Positions 11,987 to 25,064 of a DNA stretch of 64,000 bases are shown piece by piece; within the stretch, counting starts at the first letter, position 1; each line of letters begins with the position of its first letter. The DNA lies in assembly GCA_036172245.1 (NCBI GenBank), contig JAYWIR010000081.1, positions 124,001 to 188,000 on the forward strand. Reading direction: 5' to 3'. The translations under genes and the position numbers were made by a program. This DNA comes from Raillietiella orientalis. Its lineage: Eukaryota. Below the pieces are notes generated by a model that was not told the origin of the DNA, did no database searches, and worked only from the letters and a program-made list of their open reading frames with translations.

Positions 11987-14900
11987 CGCTCTTGGGTGGA
12001 CGTGTTTCCTCGGTGCTCCTCGTGCCAGGAAGTCTCCCCCAGTGCAAGCGTCGTGTGGTTCGGTTTTCGATCAGGCTGCGATGACTGACGCGACCACCAG
12101 GGATGGCCAGGGGGCAGCGGCAACGCCGCCCCCAGAGGCGATGGAGAGCCAGGGGGCGGCGGCAACGTCGCCCCCAGAGGCGATGGAGGTGGGGGCATCC
12201 GCCCTCACAGAATCGGTCCCCGCTGCAGCGCGGGCGTGGAGCGCCGTTGTGTCGGCGCCATCGCCTGCATCCGCGGCGGAATTGTCGGCCTATGTAGAGA
12301 AGGGGTACAACCCCTTATTGTTCTACAAGGTAGGCAATTTATATTCTTTAGAGAGCGCGCGCGCCTTCTCGAAGGGCATGCGCGCTCTCGATGTGAAAGA
12401 GGAGGAGCTCAGCGCTATGACCATCCGCAGCGGTGGTCAGTACGTTGAGGTCATCTGCAAACATGCAGAGCTGGCCCAACGACTGCTTAAAACCCCCGTT
12501 GTGATGGGGATGCGCAGGCTTCTCTCCACTACGGCGGACCGCAGCATGGTGGTCCACCTGTTAGGCGTGACCGCGCGAATGCGCAAAGAAAAGGTTCGCG
12601 CCGCTTTGGAACAGTTTGGAACGGTCCACGCGCAGTGGACGAAAAGTAGTCCTTTCGTGGACTACACGGGGCTGCAACACGGCCTCACTGCTGCGCGCCT
12701 GACCGTTCGGGAGGGCTGCACTCTTCCCCACAAACTGGTGTTCTAAGGCGAAACCGTCGACCTCTGGTATGTGGGGAAGCCGAAATACTGTGGCTTCTGC
12801 AATACGTCGGGCCACCTTAAAAAGAGGTGTCCCAATGTGCAGTGCCAAGTATGCGGCACAATGGGCCACACGAGAGAGGTGTGCCCAAAAGCAGCAGTGC
12901 GGGGTGTTTCCAAGAGAAACCTTAAAAAACGCGCCCGGCTTCTGCAGAAAAGACTGGCGGCGAAAGCTGCCGCGAAGGCTGTGCCACCCGCGCATAAGGC
13001 CCAGGCCGCACCCGAGAGCCCGGCGAACTACGCCGAACAAGTCGAGAAAACAATCCAGGAGCCTGAGTGGCGGGTGGCTACGGCCAAAAAATCAAAGAAG
13101 GAGAGGAGGATGGAGAAAAAACCCGCGTATCGCCAGAAAAAACAGCAGGCAAGCGAGCAAATTAAAGAACGCAGCGTTGTCGTCGAGCGTATTTCCGACC
13201 GCTGCCGGAAAGAACTCGCCGCTTCCGACGACCACCCCTCTGTTGAGACAGTCAACAGCGAGGGGAGCGAGCCGGCGGCGGCGTCCGTCATCGACACCAC
13301 CATCGATGACGTAGCCTTCGATCGAGCCGCGGATTAGCTGGCAGCCTCGTTGCAGCCAGAACCCTCATAGGCTTTCAAGAAGGCCGTAAGGCGTCCGGCC
13401 TCCCCTCAGGAGTCCCCCACTTCCGACCCCGAAGTGGACGCCGGAAGCGCAACCTCCGTTTCCACGGCACCGCGCAAGAAGGCTGGACGTAAGTCCACAA
13501 AGCCAAGGAAGCTCGTCTCCCCGTCGAAGGGGAAGAGATGGCTTCCGCAAGCGAGGGTGCCATGAGGGTGGGAAACTCTCGTGACCCGTCGCCCGAGAGA
13601 CTCAAACGCGGGGACACGGAGGGGATAGAGGGAGTGGAGGCCGAACAGGTGCCTCAGGTGCCTGAGAAGGCCGAAACCCCCATGGACATCCCGCCAGCCT
13701 CGCAAGAGGAGGGCTCCCCCACACCTTAATCTTCCCAGCAGTAATGCCGGGAATCTCCTTCCGCCGTCGTCTGCGCATCGCCGTTTGGAACGTTAACTGC
13801 ATGACAGACGCCAGCAGGAGAAGAGACATGGCCGCCCTTCTGGAGTCCTACGACCTTGCGCTGCTGCAGGAGATCCACGTGATCTCTGCAGAACAAACGC
13901 AATAGATCGAACGGATCTCCGGAGGGCGGCTATGGTACAGGTGTGGGAGAGCGAAAAGTTGCGGTGTCGCCTACCTGCTTCGGCCAGCCGTCGAGGCCGC
14001 GGCTCGGAACGTGCGGTTCGACGATCACTGTCGTTGTCGGCCAGCTGACTCTCAGGTGGTCCGACTCGATCGATCTGATCGTCACGAACGTGTACGCACC
14101 GAGCGGCAAGGACCTGATGAACAGGAGGGCGAGGAAAGAGTTTTTCCTTGCCTTCCGTGGAGACTGGCTGACCGAAGCAGGCGTGCGGAATGCCCATCTG
14201 GTTGCAGGCGATTTCAACGTTCGCCTGAAACCAGATGAGCAGAATCCCGAGCGTGACCTGGTCAACGAGGTGTGCATGGCGGTGCACACCTGTAATCTGT
14301 TGGCCAGTGCACCGGGGATGGAAGACAGCATTGATCACGTGTTCCTTGACGAGCACCTGTGCCCTCGCGTGGGCAGGCGCGGCAAGTTACCGTGCGAGCT
14401 GTCCGACCATCGCCCGCTAGTCCTCGAAATCCATCCACGCGACAGGGGCGCCCCCTTGTCAGCGTGGCGTCTCCCAGGGGACTGGCTGAAGCTCCCAGAC
14501 GCGGCGGAACATCTCCGCACGTTCATACGGAGCTTCAGTCTGCGGATACTCCAGGATTGGGACCGCTTCGAAGTGAGTGGTTACAGTAACAATCTCCGAA
14601 AAGAAGAATAAGATAGTAGAGTGGAAGACGGGCCTGTTAACAGACGCTGCGACCCTGAGTACGCCTCCCAATGGACTTCTGCGCTCGGGAGCGCTGCTCG
14701 ATGTTCCCATTGAACATCTCAAGTAGCCCCCGGGGCTCATGAACACTTCCGCCCTCCCCTTAAAATGGCAGGAGTCGGCTCTCTTGTTGCAGCACTGGGG
14801 ACTCCCCTGCAACGCCCGCCGACACCACTGGACCTGGGGAGCGGTAGACCCCAATTGCGTCAGGTGTGGGGAACGGGAGTCCCTCCCCCACCTGCTAGTG

Positions 14901-15439
14901 GATTGTGTTGCTTTTCGGCCCCTTTGGTTCCGCTTTGCCGCGGCCATCGGAATCCTCTGCGGCAACCCCAGGGACGCAGTGAGAGCCCTCTTCGTTGCCG
15001 AAGCCCTTCGGCCAGCGGCCTCCTTAGCAGCTTTGTGCTGCCTACGCGGGATCGTCACCGCTTGGAGCAAGGCTACTGGAGGACAACGCGACCAGGGTGC
15101 CATCCAGCCAGCCTCCCAGTTTCTGAGGAGGGCGTCCCGATGGCCCCACCTGGATCCACGAATACAGAAGGAGCTTGCAGGCATCCTGAAAAGGATGCAA
15201 CGGCCCCACCAGCAACTGTGATTTCTTCCCTCACCCTCCCAACTTTTCTTTTGTTTTTTGTTTTGTTTTTTGTTTTTCCCCCTTACCCCTGCTGCCGTGG
15301 TGGACCGTACCGGTCCGCGAACCGGTAACCCGGCAGGCTCTGTGTTTCTTTGTGCGTGGCTGGAGCAATGGTCCAGCCACCGCACGTCTCTGTAGAAGTT
15401 TATTTTACAATAAACGCCCCGGCGAAATCCGGGTGAAAA
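11987..15439 (+). mobile_element. Family C element with both ends intact and the RT deleted internally (junction ~14571)
   Basis: Perfect 14-bp TSD TCGAACGCCTTGTG at 11973-11986 and 15440-15453; ORF1 from 12081 (CGFCNTSGHLKKRC, CQVCGTMGHTREVC); APE 13744-14571; zinc-finger tail to 15221; AATAAA 15409 plus hairpin. Confidence 0.95.
12107..12190 (+). repeat. Two 42-bp tandem units in the family C ORF1 N-terminus (QGAAAT(P/S)PPEAME)
   Basis: ccagggggc(a/g)gcggcaacg(c/t)cgcccccagaggcgatggag occurs twice; related units in the C copies near 36930, 37816 and 62200. Confidence 0.85.
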
Positions 15440-18400
15440 TCGAACGCCTTGTGGAGATCGACCGCGACCGCCAAGGCACCTTGCGTTCCCTCCTGCAGTT
15501 GGCGCCTGATCTTCTTGCCTGCGGCAGTGAGTCTCGCAGCAGCCTGGCTTTGATGCGCCACAAATTCCTGCAGCTGCATTCATGTACGCGCGAAAAGGAT
15601 GTTCGCCCCCATGGATCGTCCCGGAACCGCGTAAGTTTGTTCCGGGCTAACACAGATTCCGCGATACTTCCTAACCGCGCGACTCACAGCTTGGAAAACA
15701 ACTTGACGTCCGAGTTCACCAAGGTGATCGGACGCCAGTTGTTAAGTTGGCGCAAGTCTCCGCCTTTCGGCAGGAGACGCACCTTTGCTGAGCGGAAGGA
15801 ATCCGGGACATTCCCGGATTCACTCATCAGCGTCGCGAGTTTCAGCATCAAGGGAATGAGCTCCACTGCAAAGCACTGATAAAACTCTGCAGGGAGCCCA
15901 TCCTCGTCTGGCGCTTTTCGTCTCTTCAGCCCAGCGATGGTGGACGAATATTCATCCGCCGTGAAGGGCTCGTCGAGACGTTCGTTTTCCTCCTCGCCGA
16001 CAACACGAGCATCCTGAGACAGGAGTATCATAGAAAGAATATCCTCCGTCGGGGATTTCGCGTACAGCGAGGAGTAGTAGCGTCTCACAATGCGGCGTAC
16101 TTCGGCTGGGGCCGAACATTCCTGGCCCTTGTCGTCCAACAGGCATGCTGCTACGGACTGCCAGACCTGGCGCTCGGCCCTCGCCTTGTACTCTGCGAGA
16201 CGCCCGACATCCGCGCGTCTCGAATACGTGCGGGCCTGCAGAAAGTCTCTACTGTTGGCCACGCTCTCACCGAAACCGCGTGGAAGCCGTTGCAAGGGGA
16301 ATTGGCAACAGAACTCGCGAACAGATCTTTTGAGATCGTACCAGTCCGCAAGTTCCTGAATGGCAAAGCCCCGGAGGTATCCACGTAGATGCTCCGCAGC
16401 CTCCGGTTGGCTAAGCCAATCCTCCTGCATCCTCCAGCTTTGCAACGGAGGCCCCCTGCCTGGCGGAAGGATCTCAAACTTCAACCTGTGGTGGTCAGAA
16501 AGCTCAGTCAACAATCTTCCTCTCCTACCCAAACGCGAATGCAGGTTTTCATCGAGGAAAACGTGATCGAGCGATCTTTCCATTCCAGGTTCGCTGACCA
16601 TCATGTTGGCGGCGTGCACGGACGCGCACATCTCGATGGGCAGCGCGCGCTCCCTCGGGCGGCTCCAATCGTCCAAGAGCAGGCGGACGTTGAAGTCCCC
16701 AGCGACGAGGTGCGCCACTTGGAAGCCAGTGTTGTTGAGCCACTGGCTCTGCACCTCACCAAAGAAAGCTACTCTTTCTTCGAGGTAGCGAGAGCCACTC
16801 GGCGCGTAGACGTTCGTAACGAAGAGATCGATGGACTCGGACCATTTGATGACAAGCTGGCATATCCGTCCGTTGTCATCGAAACGAACACTACGCACCG
16901 CTTCCGCCATTTTTCCTCTTACGAGGAACGCGACGCCGCACGTTTGTGCGCCGCCGCACCGCCAATGTTGCGTTCCGCCTGCGCGCTCCTCGATTTCGGC
17001 TGCCTGCTCGTCGCAGATTACGTGAATCTCCTGCAGCAGCGCGAGGTCGAAGGGGCGCAGGGCGTTGGCTACTAATCGCCTCTTCTCGTCGTTCTGCAGT
17101 CCGTTCACGTTCCAACACGTTACGGACGGACGACGAGAAGACGCGATTCCCCGCATTACTGCTGGGCAGGTGGCAGCTTTTTGCTCGCTTTATCCGGCGA
17201 GCAGACGGCGAGCAGCACGACTGGCTGGAGGGGACGGTCGCCACCGTCCTTTGTCGTGCTGCATGCATGTAATGCTTCCACGCCAGGCTTAACCCCGTCG
17301 GGTTTCGTGGAGACATCGCGTTGCTTCTTGGCGAGCGTTACCTGGCTACCCACTTTCGATCGACGCGCAGACGCTTTTGAACGAGTTGTCCTCGTCTCGG
17401 TGATCGGAAGGGCATCCATTTCGGAGTCCGACCGGCGCATGTTCGATCGGGTTTCGGCCTTCTGCGAAGCAGTAACAGGTTCTGCTTTATTGACAGCTGT
17501 CCTGTTTTCGTTTTCCGTCACCAGAGCATAGCTTCTGGTGACGGCTGCTTTCCCGGCGCGCGCGTTTTCAGCGTGCTCACGCGCAGTTGCACGAGGGACC
17601 TTTGCTGAAGTCTTCTTTACTTCATTACGGTTCCACACTTCGAGCAAATGGAGATTGTGCTCCATGGCCATCTTTGAAGCCATCCGCGTCTTTGGACGGG
17701 AGCACTTTCGATGGCTCCGACACGCTCGTCATAGACGCTGCCTTCGGAAGGGCTTTTAATCCCTTCGTTGGCATGGCATCCGCGCCAGTCGAGAGCTTGC
17801 TCTCCGACTGCGACGGCATGAGATTTTTCTCCGCTTTCGCGGTGTTGGATCGCGACGCGGATTTTTTTTTGCCGACTTTCGAAGTCGACACGGCACAACC
17901 CTTCTTAGCCGATTTGGGCTTCTCAGCCACTGCAGGAGGTGAAGGAATGGATCTGACGGTACTGGAAGTGTCCTTACCGCCGTTGTCCATTGGCGTCCCC
18001 GCCGGTTGCTCGAACTCCGAGAGAGCCGGGCGTGCTTGGGAAGGACAGCTATTGCGCCTAGGGGGACCTACCATTGCCCCGGATTCCCCGCACCCTTTCT
18101 TTTGCGGCTCCCCTGCCGCGAGAGAGGGTGCGCAGGGCTTCGCGTGCGAGGTTTCCTGCTGCTTTGGGGCGACATTCCGCCTCGCGTTTTTACCGAATTT
18201 CTGCCGTGGGGTCTCCAGGTTTTGCGCAGATTTTTTCTTTTTATTCGCGCTTTGTTTTCTAGGATGGAGCTCCGCGGCTGCCTTTTTTCGCAAAAGATCC
18301 GGGCAATTTTTCAATTGGTGCCCGGATACTTTGCAATAACGGCATTTTCCAGAGGGGCATTTATCCAAACAATGCCTTTCCTTCCCGCATTGCTCGCACG

Positions 18401-19157
18401 TTCTTACTTTGCCCACAAACCACAGGTGAACGACCGTGTCTTTTGCTTGTAGTTTGGTGGGCAGCAGACGGCGGTCCGGCATTGTAAGCCGGACTCCAGC
18501 GACTCCGCTGTGTATGGACGGGAAGTCCTTGAGGTTGCTACGCACCCTCCACAGCGCATGGACCGTGGCGAATTTCGCCAACGCGTTCCGAATGTCAATA
18601 TCGGTGATTTCCGACTCGATGTCGAAAATCTCCGCCACAAATGAGTCGTCCATGGCGGCCGGGAAGACCTTCTGGCCACGGATAGCCAACGGGGTGCGCA
18701 GCAAGCGTTGCACAAGTGCAGCGTCTTTGCAACGCACCTTGAAATAGCCCATGTCTTTTACAGGCATAATGGCGAGGAGGTCCTCCTCCCGCCCGCCAAC
18801 ACGGGTCAGTTCATCGTTGAACTGATTCCCGTCGCGCGCAGAAAGAAAACCACTCACCTTATATCGAAGAGTGGGTCTATAGCCTTGGGCTACGTATGCC
18901 CGCAACTCCGACTCGTCGAGTGGTTTCCCTTTGACGGCTGCTGTGGCAGCAACGTCAGCAAAACTCCTCTCCATTGGCGAGAAAGACGAAGTGGAGGCGG
19001 CCGTCGGCTCCGCGATTGCAGATCCGGATGCTGTTCCTCCAACTTCAGTAGCTTCAAGTTGGGTCGACATCGTCGTCAAAATGTACGACGCCAAGATGAA
19101 GCGGATGAAAGCACGGAGACGAGAGCGAAGAAAAACACTTCCGCACTCGATTGAAAT

Positions 19158-22100
19158 TTATCACCCGGTCACGCCGGGGCGTTTATTAATAATAATAAAC
19201 TGGTGAGGGACAATGTCCCCAACCAAGAGAACGACAGAGAACATAGAAAAATTACCGGCACGCAGGCCTTGTAAACAAACCGCTCGCAGCGTGGGGGGAA
19301 TGAGGGGAAACAAACAAAAATCAAAAACTGGACTGAAGGGTAACGGGTTTTTGGTTAGGCTCCGTACTCAAGGGGATTTATACGATGAGCACCTAAAATG
19401 TTCCGGAGCCTATGGGGACGCGGGTGTAAAAAGAAAATACAAATTTAGTTTATGGAGGGTAGGGCAATGATCACCGGGTTGGCCGCTGATGAGGGTGTGT
19501 AAACCGGCGGTGTATTGCGGCGAGATTCCTCTTTGTCTCCTCTGTCAAATGAGGCCATCTAGCGGATGCTCCCATGTAGAAGGATGCTTTGCTGATTACC
19601 TCTTGGTGCTGTCCGTTGATTGCCAACGCCTGGCGGACGGAAACTATCGCGCGTATGCAACCGATGGCTGCAATCCTTGCGCTTAGTGAAAGCCCGCTCG
19701 GCGTGAAGAATCGTCGCAGCAAGTCTCTTGCGGGGTCCACGGGATGCAATAGTGCTGTAGCCAGCCTACGCCACAGTCCTTGTAGGACACTGCATTCCAG
19801 AAGTAGGTGCGGAATCGACTCCGTCGATCCGCACCGAACGCAGTTCGCAGACGCAAGTCCCCCGGATTCACGATGCCAACGCTCGTTGCACTGGAAACCC
19901 CAGTGAACGAAAAGCAGCACGGCTTGATTTCAAGCAAGGGGGAGCGGCGAACTGTCCATACACTGTGAAGGGACTACAAGTTCTTCGGGGGTGACAGCCA
20001 GTTCTTCTGCCCACCGGAGGAGTCCCTTTGTAGTAGCACGAGGAGTGGCGGCGTCCGCCAACTCACTTGTCTTCCAGGTGCCAAGGAGTTTGGTTCTTCC
20101 CGCTATCGTGCAGGAAACCTCCCACCTCGCCGGTTGGTAACTGTCGTTTCTTGCCCTGAGGGCAGACAGCGCTGCGGCAAGAGGCGTGCCAGCCAGGATA
20201 GAAAACATCACCTCGTCCTGCAGTACTTCTCCCAAGGATCGTGGAAAAAATTGGCGCAGGGTACGAAGATCTTCAGGGCGTATTCCTTGGAACGCCGCCC
20301 AGGATTCAACAGACTCCTGCCGCCAAGCTTCAAAGTTCATTGGGCGGCAGGAGATCCAAGAGTGTGCTTCCAGAAGTGCGGTCAACTGCCGCAATGGAAA
20401 CCCGAAACCCCGCTTCCTGTATTGAGTGCCCGGCAGAAGCGAGAGAAATCCTCCGCTGCCGGCGCATCTCCGCAGGAGAATGCGAGCTGGCACACACAGG
20501 GGGGATGTCCATAGCTGGGCACACAGTGCCAGCAGACGGAACTGCACCTGCAGTCCGATTCGCTCCATTGTCAGGATACCCAAACCAGCATCCCGACGCG
20601 GAGCTGACAAATCTTTAAGGCGGATCCTGGATCTCGCCGGACCCCAGAGAGCGTTCCTGAGCAGGCGCTTAGCCCGCTGTTTAGCCGCATAGGGGGGGTT
20701 CAAAACAAAAAACAGGGGACGGAGGAGGGGGGACACAAAGGTGTTCCAAATAGTCGCCCGTTCCTGCAAGGTAAACTTGCCGTTAAAGAACGGGCTGATG
20801 GCCAACTCTGCTTTCTGAAGACAGTCCGCCCACGCTTCGGCTGCGCCGAAAGCGCCCAACTGAACGCCAAGGTACTTAAAGTACCCGCCCGTGGGGATCC
20901 CCAGGCGGATCCAGTCGGACTGCCCCTCCCACGACGTACCCACAGGAACGACCACGCTCTGCTCTCTGTTCACGCTCACGCCCGCTCCCCGACGAATCAG
21001 GTCGAAGAAATCCTCGACACTGGACGCCGGGGTGGACATGGGGAGCAGAAGAAGCAGGTCATCAGCGTAGGCGGCCACGGCAGGCGTTCCCAGGCAGGAG
21101 ATTGGCAAGTGAGACAGCGTCAGCCTGTATGCTCTTAGCACCAACTCAAAGAAGATGCTGAAGAGCAACGGGCTTAAGCTGTCGCCCTGTCGGATGCCCC
21201 TACGAACGGGAATACCATACACGCGGCAGCCGCTAAAAGTGATGCAGGTTAGCGCGTGGCGCCAGCACGCGCGCAAATACAGCAGGAGTTGCGCCGGGAA
21301 CCCAAGGCGTTTCATAAGCTCCAAAAGCAGCTTCTGGTTTACGCAGTCGAACGCCTTGTGGAGATCGACTGCGACTGCCAAGGCACCTGGCGTTCCCTCC
21401 TGCCGTCGGCGCCTGTTCCTTTTGCCTGCGGCAGTGACTTTCGCAGCAGCCTGGCTTTGCTGCGCCAGGACTTCCTGCAGCTGCATCCATGTACGCGCGA
21501 AAAGGATGTTCGCTTCCATGGATCGTCCCGGAACCGCGTAGGTTTGTTCCGGGCTCACCACAGATTCCGCGATTCTTCCTAACCGCGCGACCCACAGCTT
21601 GGAAAACAACTTGACGTCCGAGTTCACCAAGGTGATCGGACGCCAGTTGTTAAGTTGGCGCAAGTCTCCGCCTTTCTGCAGGAGACGCACCTTCGCTGAG
21701 CGGAAGGAATCAGGGACATTCCCGGATTCACTCATCAGCGTCGCGAGTTTCAGCATCAAGGGAATGAGCTCCACTGCAAAGCACTGATAAAACTCTGCAG
21801 GGAGCCCATCCTCGTCTGGCGCCTTTCATCTCTTCAGCCCAGCGATGGCGGACGAAAATATATCCGCCGTGAAGGGCTCGTCGAGACGTTCGCGTTCCTC
21901 CTCGCCGACAACACGAGCATCCTGAGACAGGAGTATCTCAGAAAGAATATCCTCCGTCGGGGATTCCGCGTACAGCGAGGAGTAGTAGCGTCTCACAATG
22001 CGGCGTACTCCGGCTGGGGCCGAACATTCCTGGCCCTTGTCGTCCAACAGGCATGCTGCTCCGGACTGCCAGACCTGGCGCTCGGCCCTCGCCTTGTACT

Positions 22101-25064
22101 CTGCGAGACGCCCGACATCCGCGCGTCTCGAATACGTGCGGGCATGCAGAAAGTCTCTACTGTTGGCCACGCCCTCACCGAAACCGCGTGGAAGCCGGTG
22201 CAAGGGGAATTGGCAACAGAACTCGCGAACAGATCTTTTGAGATCGTACCAGTCCGCAAGTTCCTGAATGGCAAAGCCCCGGAGGTATCCACGTAGATGC
22301 TCCGCAGCATCCGGTTGGCTAAGCCAATCCTCCTGCATCCTCCAGCTTTGCAACGGAGGCCCCCTGCCTGGCGGAAGGATCTCAAACTCCAACCTGTGGT
22401 GGTCAGAAAGCTCAGTCAACAATCTTCCTCTCCTACCCACACGCGAATGCAGGTTTTCATCGAGGAAAACGTGATCGAGCGATCTTATCATTCCATGTTC
22501 GCTGACCATCAAGTTGGCGGCGTGCACGGACGCGCACATCTCGATGGGCAGCGCGCGCTCCCTCGGGCGGCTCCAATCGTCCAAGAGCAGGCGGACGTTG
22601 AAGTCCCCAGAGACGAGGTGCGCCACTTGGAAGCCGGAGTTGTTGAGCCACTGGCTCTGCACCTCACCAAAGAAAGCTACTCTTTCTTCGAGGTAGCGAG
22701 AGCCACTCGGCGCGTAGACGTTCGTAACGAAGAGATCGATGGACTCAAACCACTTGATGACAAGCTGGCATATCCGTCCGTTGTCATCGAAACGAACACT
22801 ACGCACCGCTTCCGCCATTTTTCCTCTTACGAGGAACGCGACGCCGCACGTTTGTGCGCCGCCGCACCGCCAATGTTGCGTTCCGCCTGCGCGCTCCTCG
22901 ATTTCGGCTGCCTGCTCGTCGCAGATTACGTGAATCTCCTGCAGCAGCGCGAGGTCGAAGGGGCGCAAAGCGTTGGCTACTAATCGCCTCTTCTCGTCGT
23001 TCTGCAGTCCGTTCACGTTCCAACACGTTACGGACGGACGACGAGAAGACGCGATTCCCCGCATTACTGCTGGGAAGGTGGCAGCTTTTTGCTCGCTTTA
23101 TCCGGCGAGCAGACGGCGAGCAGCACGACTGGCTGGAGGGGACGGTCGGCACCGTCCTATGTCGTGCTGCATGCATGTAATGCTTCCACGCCAGGCTTAA
23201 CCCCGTCGGGTTTCGTGGAGACATCGCGTTGCTTCTTGGCGAGCGTTACCTGGCTGCCTACTTTTGATCGGCGCGCAGACGCTTTTGAACGAGTTGTCCT
23301 CGTCTCGGTGATCGGAAGGGCATCCATTTCGGAGTCCGACCGGCGTATGTTCGATCGGGTTTCGGCCTTCTGCGAAGCAGTAACAGGTTCTGCTTTATTG
23401 ACAGCTGTCCTGTTTTCGTTTTTCGTCACCAGAGCATAGCTTCTTGTTACGGCTGCTTTCCCGGCGCGCGCGTTTTCAGCGTGCTCACGCGCAGTTGCAC
23501 GAGGGACCTTTGCTGAAGTCTTCTTTACTTCATTACGGTTCCACACTTCGCGTGGCGCCGCAAATGGAGATTGTGCTCCATGGCCATCTTTGAAGCCATC
23601 CGCGTCTTTAGACGGGAGCACTTTCGATGGCTCCAACACGCTCGTCATGGACGCTGCCTTCAGAAGGGCTTTTAATCCCTTCGTTGGCATGGCATCCGCG
23701 CCAGTCGAGAGCTTGCTCTCCGACTGCGACGGCGTGAGATTGTTCTCCGCTTTCGCGGTGTTGGATCGCGACGCGGATTTTTTTTTGCCGACTTTCGAAG
23801 TCGACACGGCACAACCCTTCTTAGCCGATTTGGGCTTCTCAGCCACTGCAGGAGGTGAAGGAATGGATCTGACGGTACTGGAAGTGTCCGTACCGCCGTT
23901 GTCCATTGACGTCCCCGCCGGTTGCTCGAACTCCGAAAGAGCCGGGCGTGCTTGGGAAGGACAGCTATTGCGCCTAGGGGGACTTACCATTGCCCCGGAT
24001 TCCCCGCACCGTTTCTTTTGCGGCTCCCCTGCCGCGAGAGGGGGTGCGCAGGGCTTCGCGTGCGAGGTTTCCTGCTGCTTTGGGGCGACATTCCGCCTCG
24101 CGTTTTTACCGAATTTCTGCCGTGGGGTCTCCAGGTTTTTCGGAGATTTTTTCTTTTTATTCGCGCATTGTTTTCTAGGATGGAGCTCCGCGGCTGCCTT
24201 TTTTCGCAAAAGATCCGGGCAATTTTTCAATTGGTGCCCGGATACTTTGCAATAACGGCATTTTCCAGAGGGGCATTTATCCAAACAATGCCTTTCCTTC
24301 CCGCCTTTCTCGCACGTTCTTACTTTGCCCACGAACCACAGGTGAACGACCGTGTCTTTCCCTTGTAGTTTGGTGGGCAGCAGACCGCGGTCCGGCATTG
24401 TAAGCCGGACTCCAGCGACTCCGCTGTGTATGGACGGGAAGTCCTTGAGGTTGCTACGCACCCTCCACAGCGCATGGATCGTGGCGAATTTCGCCAACGC
24501 GTTCCGAATGTCAATATCGGAGATTTCCGACTCGATGTCGAAAATCTCCGCCACAGATGAGTCGTCCATGGTGGCCGGGAAGACCTTCTGGCCACGGATA
24601 GCCAACGGGGTGCGCAGCAAGCGTTGCACAAGTGCAGCGTCTTTGCAACGCACCTTGAAATAGCCCATGTCTTTTACAGGCATAATGGCGAGGAGGTCCT
24701 CCTCCCGCCCGCCAACACGGGTCAGTTCATCGTTGAACTGATTCCCGTCGCGCGCAGAAAGAAAACCACTCACCTTATATCGGAGAGCAGGTCTATAGCC
24801 TTGGGCTACGTATGCCCGCAACTCCGACTCGTCGAGTGGTTTCCCTTTGACGGCTGCTGTGGCAGCAACGTCAGCAAAACTCCTCTCCATTGGCGAGAAA
24901 GACTAAGTGGAGGCGGCCGTCGGCTCCGCGATTGCAGATCCGGATGCTGTTCCTCCAACTTCAGTAGCTTCAAGTTGGGTCGACATCGTCGTCAAAATGT
25001 ACGACGCCAAGGTGAAGCGGATGAAAGCACGGGGACGAGAGCGAAGAAAAACACGTCCGCACTC
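19158..25064 (-). mobile_element. Family B full-length element, copy 2, head-to-tail with copy 1; only a few disabling stops
   Basis: ORF1 ~24986-23064 (577-aa piece); ORF2 pieces 23064-21826, 21774-19930 and 19920-19471 with APE, KAFD, YADD and CVRCG; GATTGAAAT at 19149-19157 and 25065-25073. Confidence 0.95.

Larger units (their letters stand above)
9790..19148 (-). mobile_element. Family B full-length element, copy 1 (split by family C at 11987-15439)
   Basis: ORF1 ~19070-17156 with two CCHC knuckles; ORF2 starts 17156 (490-aa APE ORF); RT and zinc finger at ~10100-11986; flanked by GATTGAAAT at 9781-9789 and 19149-19157; terminal hairpin 9790-9820. Confidence 0.93.

Noticed and set aside
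9790..25064. LTR/DIRS-type long terminal repeats
   Set aside because: The repeats are entire LINE copies separated by a TSD; no protease, integrase or tyrosine recombinase was seen.
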